This document shows positions 36,696-46,476 of a DNA stretch of 64,000 bases, piece after piece. The notes under the pieces were generated by a model. That model saw only the letters and a list, made by a program, of their open reading frames with translations. It was not told the DNA's origin and did not search any database. Origin of the DNA: Candidatus Kaiserbacteria bacterium RIFCSPLOWO2_01_FULL_45_25 (lineage in GTDB: Bacteria > Patescibacteriota > Minisyncoccia > Phycocordibacterales > UBA918); assembly GCA_001781415.1 (NCBI GenBank), contig MFLT01000012.1:6485-70484 (forward strand). The letters are read 5' to 3'. Position numbers and translations under genes: made by a program. Each line of letters begins with the position of its first letter. Within the stretch, counting starts at the first letter, position 1.

Positions 36696-37664
36696 TTAAC
36701 AGGTCGCGGTCAGAACTAAATGCTTAATGAGGGCATTAATATCTAGCCCAACTGAAGCAGCTGCCTTTGGATATAGTGACTCAGTGGTTAGTCCTGGCAA
36801 AGTATTAACCTCAAGGAAATAAACTCCTTTGTCACTTACGATAAAATCGCTGCGTGAGTACTGAGCCAAATCTAAAACCTCATGAACTTGCGCGGCCACT
36901 TCTGAAATCTTGGCTCTATCACCATAAGAAAAACGTGATGGGCAGATTTCAGTAGTTTGTCCGTTATATTTTGATTCAGTATCAAAGTACTGACGGTCGC
37001 GTGGTGTAATAATTTCTACCACTGGAAAGACGTAGATTTTATCATTGCGGAAGTCTTCCAGGGTGGCGCAGGTTGCTTCACGTCCACGAATGAACTCTTC
37101 CACTAAGACACGGTCACTTTGTTCTAGAGCCGAGCGAATGGCTTCCTCAAGTGATTGTCCGGATCTGATATGCTCTACACCAAATGAAGAGCCACTAGCC
37201 ACTGGCTTCACTATGTATTCTGGACCAAATGAATCAAGTATATTTGAACTGATGGTAACCAATTCATCAACCTCATCGTCACTAACTACAACAGATTCTG
37301 GAGTTAATACATCATGAGAAGCTAGACTTTGCTTTGTTAGGTGCTTATTAAAGGCTACAGCTGACGGAAACGCGCGACTGCCAGTAAACGGAATACCGAG
37401 TCGTTGTAAGATGCGCTGCACTTCCCCATCTTCTCCGTAAGTGCCGTGAAGGGCAATAAACACTACGTCGACCGCCTGGAGAGCCACCTCGGGGCTCTTA
37501 ACCAGCCCTCGGTCTAGCCACTGACCTTGCTTGGTGATGACAATATCTTTAGTATTAAAGCCATTTTCAGCCAAAGCTTGCAGTACAACTGCGCCAGTGT
37601 TCATGGATACACCATATTCGACACTTGGGCCGCCACGCAAAACTGCTACTTGGAGATGACTCAT
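36696..37664 (-). CDS. ddl: D-alanine--D-alanine ligase
   Basis: GGPS.EY.VS, ALHGTYGEDG, VKP..SGSSFGV, LEVNTLPGLT; start at MSHLQ. Confidence 0.93.
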   Translation of the reverse strand: MSHLQVAVLRGGPSVEYGVSMNTGAVVLQALAENGFNTKDIVITKQGQWLDRGLVKSPEVALQAVDVVFIALHGTYGEDGEVQRILQRLGIPFTGSRAFPSAVAFNKHLTKQSLASHDVLTPESVVVSDDEVDELVTISSNILDSFGPEYIVKPVASGSSFGVEHIRSGQSLEEAIRSALEQSDRVLVEEFIRGREATCATLEDFRNDKIYVFPVVEIITPRDRQYFDTESKYNGQTTEICPSRFSYGDRAKISEVAAQVHEVLDLAQYSRSDFIVSDKGVYFLEVNTLPGLTTESLYPKAAASVGLDINALIKHLVLTATC

Positions 37665-37718
37665 ATGGCAATATTTTATCACACTTTTTAAACAGTCCGC
37701 AGAGATGGGCGTGAATTT

Positions 37719-37750
37719 AAAAAAGACCCTTCGCAAAAAGCGAAGGGTCT
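37719..37750 (-). terminator. Intrinsic terminator
   Basis: AGACCCTTCGC-AAAAA-GCGAAGGGTCT. Confidence 0.75.
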
Positions 37751-37809
37751 AGGTTTTAAGCATTGAAATAGTCTGAGAGGCTATTTCAAAGTTATAAATC
37801 AGTCAAGGA

Positions 37810-38598
37810 TCAGAACTTCCTGGCAGCGGACACCCCGAGACCACCACCACGGCTGCCGTTCCAGAAACCGCTAACGCCCAGACCATCGGCATTAAAGCCT
37901 CCGACGCCGATATAGCCACTGCCCGAGTTGAGGCTGGACGTCCGAACGTAGACGCTTTCAAAGAGTCGGATACTTCGGACCTCGAAATAGGTCGTAATGA
38001 ACCAACTCATCTCGGCGGCGTTCGGCACGTGCTCGAATGCAGAGAGCAGCTTGTTCTGGTCGTCCCAATTTTTGTTGGTTGAGTCAGAGACTAGCGTCTT
38101 CTTGATGGCGAGCCATCCGAATGACGTTTTATCTTCGCGAGCAAACTTTTGGTCGGTATACCATCCGCCCGTCTTTGAGTTGAAGTGGGTGGGTTGGATT
38201 TCCCGAACGTCGAGGAGCGACATCGCCGAGGTTGGTGCGGGCACAGTGGCGTAACTGTTGTCCTTGCACCACATGAGCATGTCTTTCGAAGGCAGACTTT
38301 CGGCAAGCGCCGTGATCTGGTCGTGGGTGTACACGATGCTCGGGCGAGCCTTGGCGACTTCCTCCGGCGTGATGAAATCTGCGCCGAGGATGGATCGGGC
38401 GAGACTGTAGTCTGGCATCTTCGCGGTCAACCGCGCGATACCAGCGGCAAGGTGGTCCTGCCACTCATCCCCGCGACCGAAGAGTCGCTGGAGACCATCC
38501 TTGTCGGGATTCACGGTGGTGAGTGCTTTGCGCGCGCCATCCTGCGTGAATCGGTTGTACTGCCTACGCTGATTAGAGGTGATCGAGTCCATCGTCAT
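37810..38598 (-). CDS. GC-rich protein with a CLec-like C-terminus resembling a DGR variable repeat
   Basis: YVRTSS...VG.F..DGL.V...W...R...LGVSAARKF; AGGAG SD; promoter TTGACA-16-TATACT at 38735-38762. Confidence 0.65.
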   Translation of the reverse strand: MTMDSITSNQRRQYNRFTQDGARKALTTVNPDKDGLQRLFGRGDEWQDHLAAGIARLTAKMPDYSLARSILGADFITPEEVAKARPSIVYTHDQITALAESLPSKDMLMWCKDNSYATVPAPTSAMSLLDVREIQPTHFNSKTGGWYTDQKFAREDKTSFGWLAIKKTLVSDSTNKNWDDQNKLLSAFEHVPNAAEMSWFITTYFEVRSIRLFESVYVRTSSLNSGSGYIGVGGFNADGLGVSGFWNGSRGGGLGVSAARKF

Positions 38599-38639
38599 AC
38601 TCCTGTATGTTGCCCAACGCTGGGCGAGCGGCTATCTCA

Positions 38640-38694
38640 GAATGAGACGAACTTTTTGAGGCCTAAAATAAGCCACAAAAAGCTCGTCTCATTC
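38640..38694. repeat. Long hairpin in the 5' leader of 37810..38598
   Basis: GAATGAGACGA.CTTTTTG...CAAAAAG.TCGTCTCATTC. Confidence 0.7.
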
Positions 38695-38783
38695 TTGATT
38701 GTTAGTGAACTGTATCTTAAAGAACTAATAAGGCAGTATAATTAAGGAATGATATCTGTCAATGATTTTTTCTATCTATAAAA

Positions 38784-40016
38784 TTAGAATTTCATTCTTT
38801 TACGGGCCAAATTACGATAGTAATTAATAGCAAAACGATGTGATTCAGCGTTGGCCAGCAGAATATCAAACTTATATTTACTCTCAATTTCTGAGGTAGT
38901 CAGTATGCCAGCCGCCTTGTGTCTATCATCTTTGACTACTGCAGCAACTGGGATAGCTAGATTTAAGTCCTTAAGTAAGCTTTCGGCGGCGTTCTTTTGG
39001 ATTGAGTTTCCGTCCACTACAATCAGGTCTGGCAGTGGCCACTCGGTGTGGGAAAATCGCCGGCGTAATACTTCACGTAGTGCTGCTGGATCGTTGGCTT
39101 GTTTAAGAGTTTTAATTTTAAATTTTCGATAATCGCTCTTTAGAGCTTCAGCGTTTTGTATCACCACCATGACACCCACCATGTCCTGGCCAGCCATGTG
39201 AGCAATATCGTAAGCTTCTACTCGGGCGGACACTGTTCGCGCAAAGGTGTTATCGCTCTTTACTAGGGCAATATCTTCAATGTGTTGCAATGCAAACAAT
39301 TGTTTCTTCAACCTTGAAGCTAATTCAAATTCTTCAGCTTTGGCAGCCCGCATCATCTCGCGTTCAATTTCTTTAATGATGGTTTTTTTCTTACCTTTAA
39401 AAAACAACCCTAAGTGTCTAATGGTAGTTAAATACTCGTCACGTTTATCTGGCTCTGGGTATAGGCCAATTTGCCGATTAAAATCAATTTTGCCCCGAGC
39501 CATTTTGGTCTTCTCGCTACCAAGTGGTTGCTTGGTGTCATAAAATTTAAATAATTTGCGCACTATTTTAAGAGCGTCACGAAGTAAGAGTCCACTTGGG
39601 AATGGACCGAACTCGTATTTAATTTCTTCTTTAAGAAACTTTTCACTAATGTCACGACCTCGTACCACAAGTACTCGCGGCCATTCTTCATTGGTAATCA
39701 CCAGATGGTTGTAGCTTTTGTCGTCTTTGCTTCTGGTGTTAAAGCGGGGTTTATGAGAACGAATCAGGTTCGTCTCAAGGATAAGTGCTTCAAGTACCGA
39801 TTCGGTTTCTGTAACATCTATACTAATAGCTTCAGCTACCATATTTTCAATCAACTCCGAACGCTTATCTTTGAGGTCTGGTGCGAAGTAGCTACGTACC
39901 CGGTTTTTGAGTGAAGTAGCTTTACCAATATACAAAATCTTTTTTCTAGCATCTAAAAAGAAATACACCCCAGGTGCATCAGGTAAAACAAGGCTTTTTA
40001 GATCTTCTTTAGTCAT
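38784..40016 (-). CDS. uvrC: Excinuclease ABC subunit C (short form lacking the C-terminal HhH)
   Basis: GIY-YIG (GVYFF...YIGKA), UVR domain, EAYDIAH, LIVVDG, ESHRFAI. Confidence 0.88.
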   Translation of the reverse strand: MTKEDLKSLVLPDAPGVYFFLDARKKILYIGKATSLKNRVRSYFAPDLKDKRSELIENMVAEAISIDVTETESVLEALILETNLIRSHKPRFNTRSKDDKSYNHLVITNEEWPRVLVVRGRDISEKFLKEEIKYEFGPFPSGLLLRDALKIVRKLFKFYDTKQPLGSEKTKMARGKIDFNRQIGLYPEPDKRDEYLTTIRHLGLFFKGKKKTIIKEIEREMMRAAKAEEFELASRLKKQLFALQHIEDIALVKSDNTFARTVSARVEAYDIAHMAGQDMVGVMVVIQNAEALKSDYRKFKIKTLKQANDPAALREVLRRRFSHTEWPLPDLIVVDGNSIQKNAAESLLKDLNLAIPVAAVVKDDRHKAAGILTTSEIESKYKFDILLANAESHRFAINYYRNLARKRMKF

Positions 40017-40085
40017 AAATGTGACATTATGCTACACTATATTTCTAGAAAGCTCCATTTATCCAAATAGAAAGGTTGGTGCATT

Positions 40086-40406
40086 GTGAAAGATGAAAAT
40101 CACGACCATCCGGCCATTTACGGAATGTTGGTTACATTCTTTAGATGTCATCCGTACTGGTTTATCCGAATGCAATACGCTCAAGATTCATTTAATGACG
40201 ACGTCAGTCTTTCAACTGAACTTTGGGAAGCAATTTGTTTCCACATTACCGGCCAGGTGCCAGTAAATCAAGTCAAGATTAATGATGACTTGAAAGAGGA
40301 GATTGTCTTTGATCCGCTTTGGGATGAAGTGCAAGTAAGGCGGCAAATGCTTCGCAATTTTGCCGGCCTGCGGAAGACTGGCTTCTTCAACCAAAAAGCG
40401 CCCTAG
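40086..40406 (+). CDS. Hypothetical protein
   Basis: 106-aa ORF ending in the bidirectional terminator at 40393-40417. Confidence 0.5.
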   Translation: MKDENHDHPAIYGMLVTFFRCHPYWFIRMQYAQDSFNDDVSLSTELWEAICFHITGQVPVNQVKINDDLKEEIVFDPLWDEVQVRRQMLRNFAGLRKTGFFNQKAP

Positions 40407-40430
40407 GGCGCTTTTTTAATCTTCCAATAA

Positions 40431-43082
40431 TTACAGTACGTGCTTGAGGTATTGACCAGTAAAAGATTTTTCTGTATCAGCTACTTCCTCTGGAGTGCCT
40501 TTGGCAACGATGTCACCGCCACCCTGTCCACCTTCTGGCCCAATGTCTATGATGTAGTCCGCTGACTTAATCAAATCAAGATTGTGCTCAATTACCATCA
40601 CAGTATTGCCTTGATTAACAAGTTGCTGGAGAATTTCAATTAACTTCTTCACATCTTCATAGTGAAGACCAATCGTCGGCTCATCCAGTAGGTAAATAGT
40701 CTTTTGAGTATGTGGTTTGTATAGTTCAGATGCAATTTTCACCCGCTGTGCCTCTCCTCCAGATAAGGTGGTAGCGCTCTGTCCAAGTTCTAGATAGCCC
40801 AGTCCTACATCAAGAAGCGACTTTAAACGCTCTTGGATGGAAGGTACATCCATAAAAAACTGGTAAGCCTCTTCAATGGTCATATGGAGCACTTCGTGAA
40901 TATTTTTCTTGCGGTATGTCACTTCCAATGTCTCTTTGGTGAAGCGCTTACCATCACAGACGTCACAAGTTACATACACCGTCGGTAAGAAGTGCATTTC
41001 AACCGCAATTTCACCATTACCCTGGCAAGCTTCACAGCGCCCACCTTTAACGTTGAAACTAAATCGTCCGGGCTTCCAGCCGCGTGCTCGCGCTTCGCCT
41101 GAAGCCGCAAACATGTCACGGATATGAGTAAATGAACCAGTATAGGTGGCTGGATTACTGCGTGGTGTACGACCAATTGGTGATTGATCAATTAGAATTG
41201 AACGTCCAAGATATTCAGTTCCGGTGAAAGTCTTACAGTTGTAGGTGTGTGGGGTGCGGTGTTTTTTCTCTAGTCGAGACTTGAGGTTCCGATCTACAAT
41301 CTCGTACATAAACGTAGACTTTCCTGAGCCAGATACTCCGGTTACACAGATAAGCCGACCAAGTGGAATATCGACATTAAGGTTTTTGATATTAAAGGCC
41401 TTACCGCCACGGATTTTGATTGATCCTTTCTCACTTTCACGACGAGCTGGAATTGGAATTACTTTGTCACCACGAAGGTAGTCGAGTGTGACTGATTTAG
41501 ATTCATTCTTTGGTGAAGACAGTAGTTTTGGCAGGTAGTCAGACACAATTACTTCCCCACCATGCACACCAGCCCCCGGGCCGATATCAATTAGGTAGTC
41601 AGAGGCACGAATAGTGTCCTCATCATGTTCAACCACAATGATAGTGTTGCCCAAATCACGAAGTTCAGTCAAAGTCTTAATCAGGCGGTCATTATCTCGC
41701 TGGTGAAGTCCAATGGTTGGTTCGTCCAGTACATAGAGTGCACCAACCAAGCCAGAACCAAGCTGAGAAGCTAATCGAATACGCTGTGCTTCTCCTCCAG
41801 ATAAAGTATTGGCACGACGATCAAGCGTCAGGTACTGAATACCGACATTGTTCATGAACTGCAGTCGCTCAATGATTTCACGCAAGGCTGGCCAAGCAAT
41901 ATCCTGTTGCTTCTTTGATAGCTTCAAGTTGTCGATAAAACTAGTCGCTTCTTTGACAGTCATGGCAGTAAAAGCCACGATATTAATACCGAGATCCTTT
42001 TTGCCATCACCACCGAGGTAAACTCGCATGGCTTCAGGTCTTAGTCTTGCACCCTTACAAGCTGGACATTCATCACTTTGGAAGATACCAACTACACCAA
42101 GACCATTACATTCCGGACAGGCTCCGTACGGTGAGTTGAACGAGAAAAGACGTGGCTCAACTTCAGGAAATGACGAACCGTCAATTGGGCAAATAAACTT
42201 CGCAGACAGTGTACGAACTGAACCATCAGGACTTTCAATTTTTACCAAACCATTTGATTCATGAAGGGCACGTTCAACAGCTTCTGAAAGGCGTTCGTGT
42301 GAACCCCTTGGGTCGTCGGTAAATTCACTGACATAAATTTCATCAATTAGAACATCGATGTCGTGACGTTTGGTCTTAGTTAGTTCAATCTTCTCGCGTA
42401 GCTGCTTAATTTGCCCATCAATTTTTACTGCTTCATATCCCTTACCAAGTAGGTCGTACAAAAGTTGATAGTATTCACCCTTGCGTCCAACCACTACCGG
42501 TGAAAAGATGGATACTCGACCCTTTGACACCTCAATACCCATCACCTTTTCTGATTGTTTACGGGTGGCTTCTTTTACTTCTTTAGTCTCAATTGATTTT
42601 AGAATGATGCCGAGAATTTCATCTTGTGACAGCTTTTGAATTGGTACATCTACATCAAGACAATATGGTTGGCCGACTCGAGCATAAAGAATACGCAAGT
42701 AATCGTAAATTTCAGTTACGGTTGCCACCGTTGAACGTGGGTTTCGAGAAGCAGATTTTTGGTCAATAGAAATAGCTGGTGATAGTCCACTGATTTCATC
42801 AACATCTGGCTTTTGAAGTTTGTTCAAAAATTGCCTAGCATATGGAGACAATGATTCAACATACCGACGCTGACCTTCAGCAAAAATAGTATCAAAGGCT
42901 AGTGAAGATTTACCCGAGCCCGATGGTCCAGTGATGGCAATCATCTTGCCGCGAGGCATTTCAACATCAATATTCTTTAGATTGTGAGTACGCGCGCCAC
43001 GAATAATAATCTTGCTACCTGGGTCGTTTGCCCGCTCATCTGCTTCCCAACCAGTTTTAGTTTTGTCTTGTTTTTTAGCCAT
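40431..43082 (-). CDS. uvrA: Excinuclease ABC subunit A
   Basis: GARTHNLKN, two Walker A motifs, two [16 protein letters not shown]. Confidence 0.97.
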   Translation of the reverse strand: MAKKQDKTKTGWEADERANDPGSKIIIRGARTHNLKNIDVEMPRGKMIAITGPSGSGKSSLAFDTIFAEGQRRYVESLSPYARQFLNKLQKPDVDEISGLSPAISIDQKSASRNPRSTVATVTEIYDYLRILYARVGQPYCLDVDVPIQKLSQDEILGIILKSIETKEVKEATRKQSEKVMGIEVSKGRVSIFSPVVVGRKGEYYQLLYDLLGKGYEAVKIDGQIKQLREKIELTKTKRHDIDVLIDEIYVSEFTDDPRGSHERLSEAVERALHESNGLVKIESPDGSVRTLSAKFICPIDGSSFPEVEPRLFSFNSPYGACPECNGLGVVGIFQSDECPACKGARLRPEAMRVYLGGDGKKDLGINIVAFTAMTVKEATSFIDNLKLSKKQQDIAWPALREIIERLQFMNNVGIQYLTLDRRANTLSGGEAQRIRLASQLGSGLVGALYVLDEPTIGLHQRDNDRLIKTLTELRDLGNTIIVVEHDEDTIRASDYLIDIGPGAGVHGGEVIVSDYLPKLLSSPKNESKSVTLDYLRGDKVIPIPARRESEKGSIKIRGGKAFNIKNLNVDIPLGRLICVTGVSGSGKSTFMYEIVDRNLKSRLEKKHRTPHTYNCKTFTGTEYLGRSILIDQSPIGRTPRSNPATYTGSFTHIRDMFAASGEARARGWKPGRFSFNVKGGRCEACQGNGEIAVEMHFLPTVYVTCDVCDGKRFTKETLEVTYRKKNIHEVLHMTIEEAYQFFMDVPSIQERLKSLLDVGLGYLELGQSATTLSGGEAQRVKIASELYKPHTQKTIYLLDEPTIGLHYEDVKKLIEILQQLVNQGNTVMVIEHNLDLIKSADYIIDIGPEGGQGGGDIVAKGTPEEVADTEKSFTGQYLKHVL

Positions 43083-43164
43083 AAAATACGGCCTTCACAT
43101 GATGGTGAAGGTATAACTCACTCAGTATAACTGTTTTGAGCAAACATGCAAAAGTACTGATTGG

Positions 43165-45501
43165 CTAAGCTAGCCGTACTTTTTGTTGGTGTCGATTTCG
43201 TAAAGTGCTACTGAGTAATAGTAAAACAAAGCCGAAGGTAATCACTCCAACTGCTGCCACCAGTAAATTAAGTAATACGTTATCTTCGTTTGATTCATTA
43301 TTCAAAGGAGTAGCGGTACTCATGGTGGCAGCCGCTACGAAAGTGTTTTGGGTACGAGCAAAGCGATGTGGCTTACTACTAGCAACTATCTCACCAGTTA
43401 CATCAGTCAGCACTGCCGTTAGTTGGTGCTCGCCAATATCGAAGTTCTGTTCAATAGTGTATGAGAATAAGCCGGTTGACCCAGTTTTTACAATTCCAAC
43501 AATATCGGTAGAGTGCGAGAGTAAGTAAACATATGAATTTGGAATACTACGCCCTTCAACAGTAACAAAGTATTCTTCCTGCTCATTGTTATTGGTGGCC
43601 GACACGAGCGGTGAGACTAAATCAATTTCCACTACCGAATCAAATGTAACCTCTTCAATATTTTTGTTTAAATTAGGTACCACAATCTGGTCAACGACCA
43701 GCGGGTCTGAGTTTCGAATTAATTCAACACTATCAACCACACCGTCATTGTCGGTATCAGCTAAGAGTGGGTTTGTGGCAAAATTGGCTACTTCATCAAA
43801 ATCAGAAAGACCGTCTTGATCAGAATCTTTGGTCGTGAGGTTATTGGTATCTTGTTTAATTTGCTCCTCACTTTCACGCACTTTATCTTTGAGTATTTGA
43901 TAACGTAGGGCCATTACGGTATGGATAGAAGGGACAGCTGACGGCTCTCCAGTCAAACTAGCTACAGTTGAAGCTTGTTTAGTGTAATGGTCAGTCAAAG
44001 CCTGGTTACTTAAGGTAGTTATAAACTGACTCTCAGCCTGTGTTGCCGCTGCGTATTGAAGTAGCAGTGGATTTAATGACTCCACATCTTGCTCCATACT
44101 ACTATCAATTGCAGTCAGTAAGTCTTTATTAGCAAAAAGTAATTCTTCGCTTTCTGTAAACAGTATTTCGGGTTGGGTGGTAAAGAAATCGAAGTAGTGA
44201 CGACGATTATCGTTATCAACTGATGAAGCTAACAAGGCTAGTTCGATCTTTTGAACCAAGACAGCTAAATCAGTCTCGGTGTTTGGTGAAGTTAAGTTTT
44301 CAGTAATCGGTTCAAATTTAACCGCTTCTGTTTTATAGGTTTTTCCAGTCGCAGCAAATGATGCGTATAAATAGTGACTGGCTTGAGGTAGATTAAGAGC
44401 GGATATATTAAAGACCCATTCTCCTTGAACTAGAGTGGCTTGACCAAGATGTAGTGGTTGGCCAGCAGCATAAAGCTGACTGTAGACATCAACCTTACTT
44501 GGCGTAAAGTCTCCGGTTAGAATTTTTACATATGAAGAACCTGACTGATCATGGAGTGTAATGGAAATTGGTGAGAGAGTTCTAGTGGTAGAAACGGGTT
44601 CTGTATCAACTAACTCTTCCTCGTCTGAAGACGTAGAAATTTCATATGTTAAATCAGAATCAGAAGTAATTACTTCATCTTCTTCCGCAGTATCTGCCAG
44701 CACTGTTTCTTCTACTACAGCGGTAGTAACTTCTGGCACAACTGCTTCTGGAAGTTCTTTTAGACTAACTGCAAAAACTGGTCCAGCAAATGTATAGGTC
44801 GTACCGCTCTGTTGAACAGTTGCTTCAATTTTATAGGTAGCTGCAGCTAGGTGTCCGGCCGGTATTAAGAAACGGTATTCTGATTCATTTTGTCGGTCAG
44901 CTGGTTCAAGTATTACTGTATTACCGGTTTCAATGGCGGTCAAAGTTATGGTTGGGTCTGTAGTATTTAAAGCGGTAATTTTAAAATCAGTATCACTGTT
45001 TAGCGTAGCTGGAATTGAGTTAAGAAAAGTTATTTTTGGAGCAGTGGAAGGCAATGCATCATCAGGCACATCCTCACACTCTGACCCACTACAAATTAGC
45101 GCTGCTGGAGTAGTTATAATATTTTTGGCATCAATATAGCTGAAAACAGCAAAAACTGTTCCCAAGAAAATGAAGGCATAACCACCGACTTTAGCAACAC
45201 CAGACATCATACTTGGTACGTATTGTTCGTACCATACAGTATAGAGATGTACCTTTTCCAAAAGCCGGAGACTAGCCTGACCTGGCACAAAGACTACTTC
45301 AGGAGTTGAAGAAACTTTACTGTCAGACGTCTTTTTGGTACGTGCTGTTGTCTTTTTAACGGTAACTTTGGCTATGTCTTTGGCTTTAATTTCAGCCACT
45401 TTTTTGGTTACTGGTTTTTTGGTCACACGTTTAACTGCCGTAACCTTTTTGGCTCGTACAGACTTCTTTACCTCCTCTTTTTTACCAAGAGTAGTTCCCA
45501 T
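43165..45501 (-). CDS. Large membrane protein: Lys-rich N-tail, Ig-like domains, DxDxDG Ca-binding repeats, C-terminal TM
   Basis: K/V/T-rich N-terminus; DSDQDGLSDFDE and DTDNDGVVDSVE; two TM segments. Confidence 0.7.
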   Translation of the reverse strand: MGTTLGKKEEVKKSVRAKKVTAVKRVTKKPVTKKVAEIKAKDIAKVTVKKTTARTKKTSDSKVSSTPEVVFVPGQASLRLLEKVHLYTVWYEQYVPSMMSGVAKVGGYAFIFLGTVFAVFSYIDAKNIITTPAALICSGSECEDVPDDALPSTAPKITFLNSIPATLNSDTDFKITALNTTDPTITLTAIETGNTVILEPADRQNESEYRFLIPAGHLAAATYKIEATVQQSGTTYTFAGPVFAVSLKELPEAVVPEVTTAVVEETVLADTAEEDEVITSDSDLTYEISTSSDEEELVDTEPVSTTRTLSPISITLHDQSGSSYVKILTGDFTPSKVDVYSQLYAAGQPLHLGQATLVQGEWVFNISALNLPQASHYLYASFAATGKTYKTEAVKFEPITENLTSPNTETDLAVLVQKIELALLASSVDNDNRRHYFDFFTTQPEILFTESEELLFANKDLLTAIDSSMEQDVESLNPLLLQYAAATQAESQFITTLSNQALTDHYTKQASTVASLTGEPSAVPSIHTVMALRYQILKDKVRESEEQIKQDTNNLTTKDSDQDGLSDFDEVANFATNPLLADTDNDGVVDSVELIRNSDPLVVDQIVVPNLNKNIEEVTFDSVVEIDLVSPLVSATNNNEQEEYFVTVEGRSIPNSYVYLLSHSTDIVGIVKTGSTGLFSYTIEQNFDIGEHQLTAVLTDVTGEIVASSKPHRFARTQNTFVAAATMSTATPLNNESNEDNVLLNLLVAAVGVITFGFVLLLLSSTLRNRHQQKVRLA

Positions 45502-45552
45502 TTAGATATAGTATACACGCATCAGTTGCCATAATTGGCAATTTATTAACGG

Positions 45553-46389
45553 CTATTTTCCGTATGAAAGAATCAACGAAACTAGCGTACTAAGGTCAGT
45601 GGTCGCTTTGACTAGAAAATTATCAACCTTGAGTGATTTGGCTCGCATTCGCTCAGCGTCGTCGTCTTTATTTGAAAAAATAATCACTGGCAAATCTTTA
45701 ATACTTGAATTAGTTCGAATGTCGAGTAGGACATCCATGCCATTTTTGCCTGGAAGCATCAAATCAAGAATTACGACCGTTGGCTTAAATTCAAAAATCT
45801 GTTCCAGAGCCTTATCACCAGAATGACAAAATTCGTGAGTAATACCACTTTTCTGTAGTCTAATTGATAGCAGATTGCGCAACAAGGGGTCGTCTTCTAC
45901 TACCAAAAGCCTAACTGCTCCAACTGCGTCTACATGAGGTTCCTCTGCAATTTCTTCAGAGAAGTCAAAAACTTCTGTTGAACCGTCGTTATTTTTGTTG
46001 CGAAGTATCGACTCAACCAGTAATACCAAGGTCATGGCATCAAATTCAGTGCGTACCAAATAATGTTGCTCCCCTACCAAAAATAACTTTTTATAATCGT
46101 CACTGGTTCGTAGTGAGGTAATCATAATAAGCGGAATGAGCTTGGTGGACTCATCAGCTTGCAGGGTGGCAATTATCTCATCCATCTCAATATCAGTGAC
46201 AGTATCATCAATAATGATGGCATCGGGATGAATACTTTGGACTTTAGACAGACCTTCTCGACCAGTGGTGATGGCAACTACTGTTGCTCCGGCAGACGAT
46301 AGCATTCGCTCTGCTGAATTTATTATTTGGACATCACCTCCAAAAATTACAAAACTTTTGCCGTGCACCTTGTCTTTATTGTCTGTCAT
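45553..46389 (-). CDS. Tandem receiver-domain response regulator
   Basis: REC1 PDAIIIDD; REC2 LLVVEDD...LDLMLPGKNG...FLVK; no output domain. Confidence 0.85.
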   Translation of the reverse strand: MTDNKDKVHGKSFVIFGGDVQIINSAERMLSSAGATVVAITTGREGLSKVQSIHPDAIIIDDTVTDIEMDEIIATLQADESTKLIPLIMITSLRTSDDYKKLFLVGEQHYLVRTEFDAMTLVLLVESILRNKNNDGSTEVFDFSEEIAEEPHVDAVGAVRLLVVEDDPLLRNLLSIRLQKSGITHEFCHSGDKALEQIFEFKPTVVILDLMLPGKNGMDVLLDIRTNSSIKDLPVIIFSNKDDDAERMRAKSLKVDNFLVKATTDLSTLVSLILSYGK

Positions 46390-46476
46390 AAAATATTTTT
46401 ATGTATTAAGTATACAATACCAGAACCCATCTCAAATAGAATCGCACAACTAAGCCCCTTGCTTGGCGAACTAACA

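Noticed and set aside
38091-38745. ORFs 38185..38745 (+), 38129..38464 (-) and 38091..38306 (-)
   Set aside because: Alternative frames of the GC-rich 37810..38598 gene
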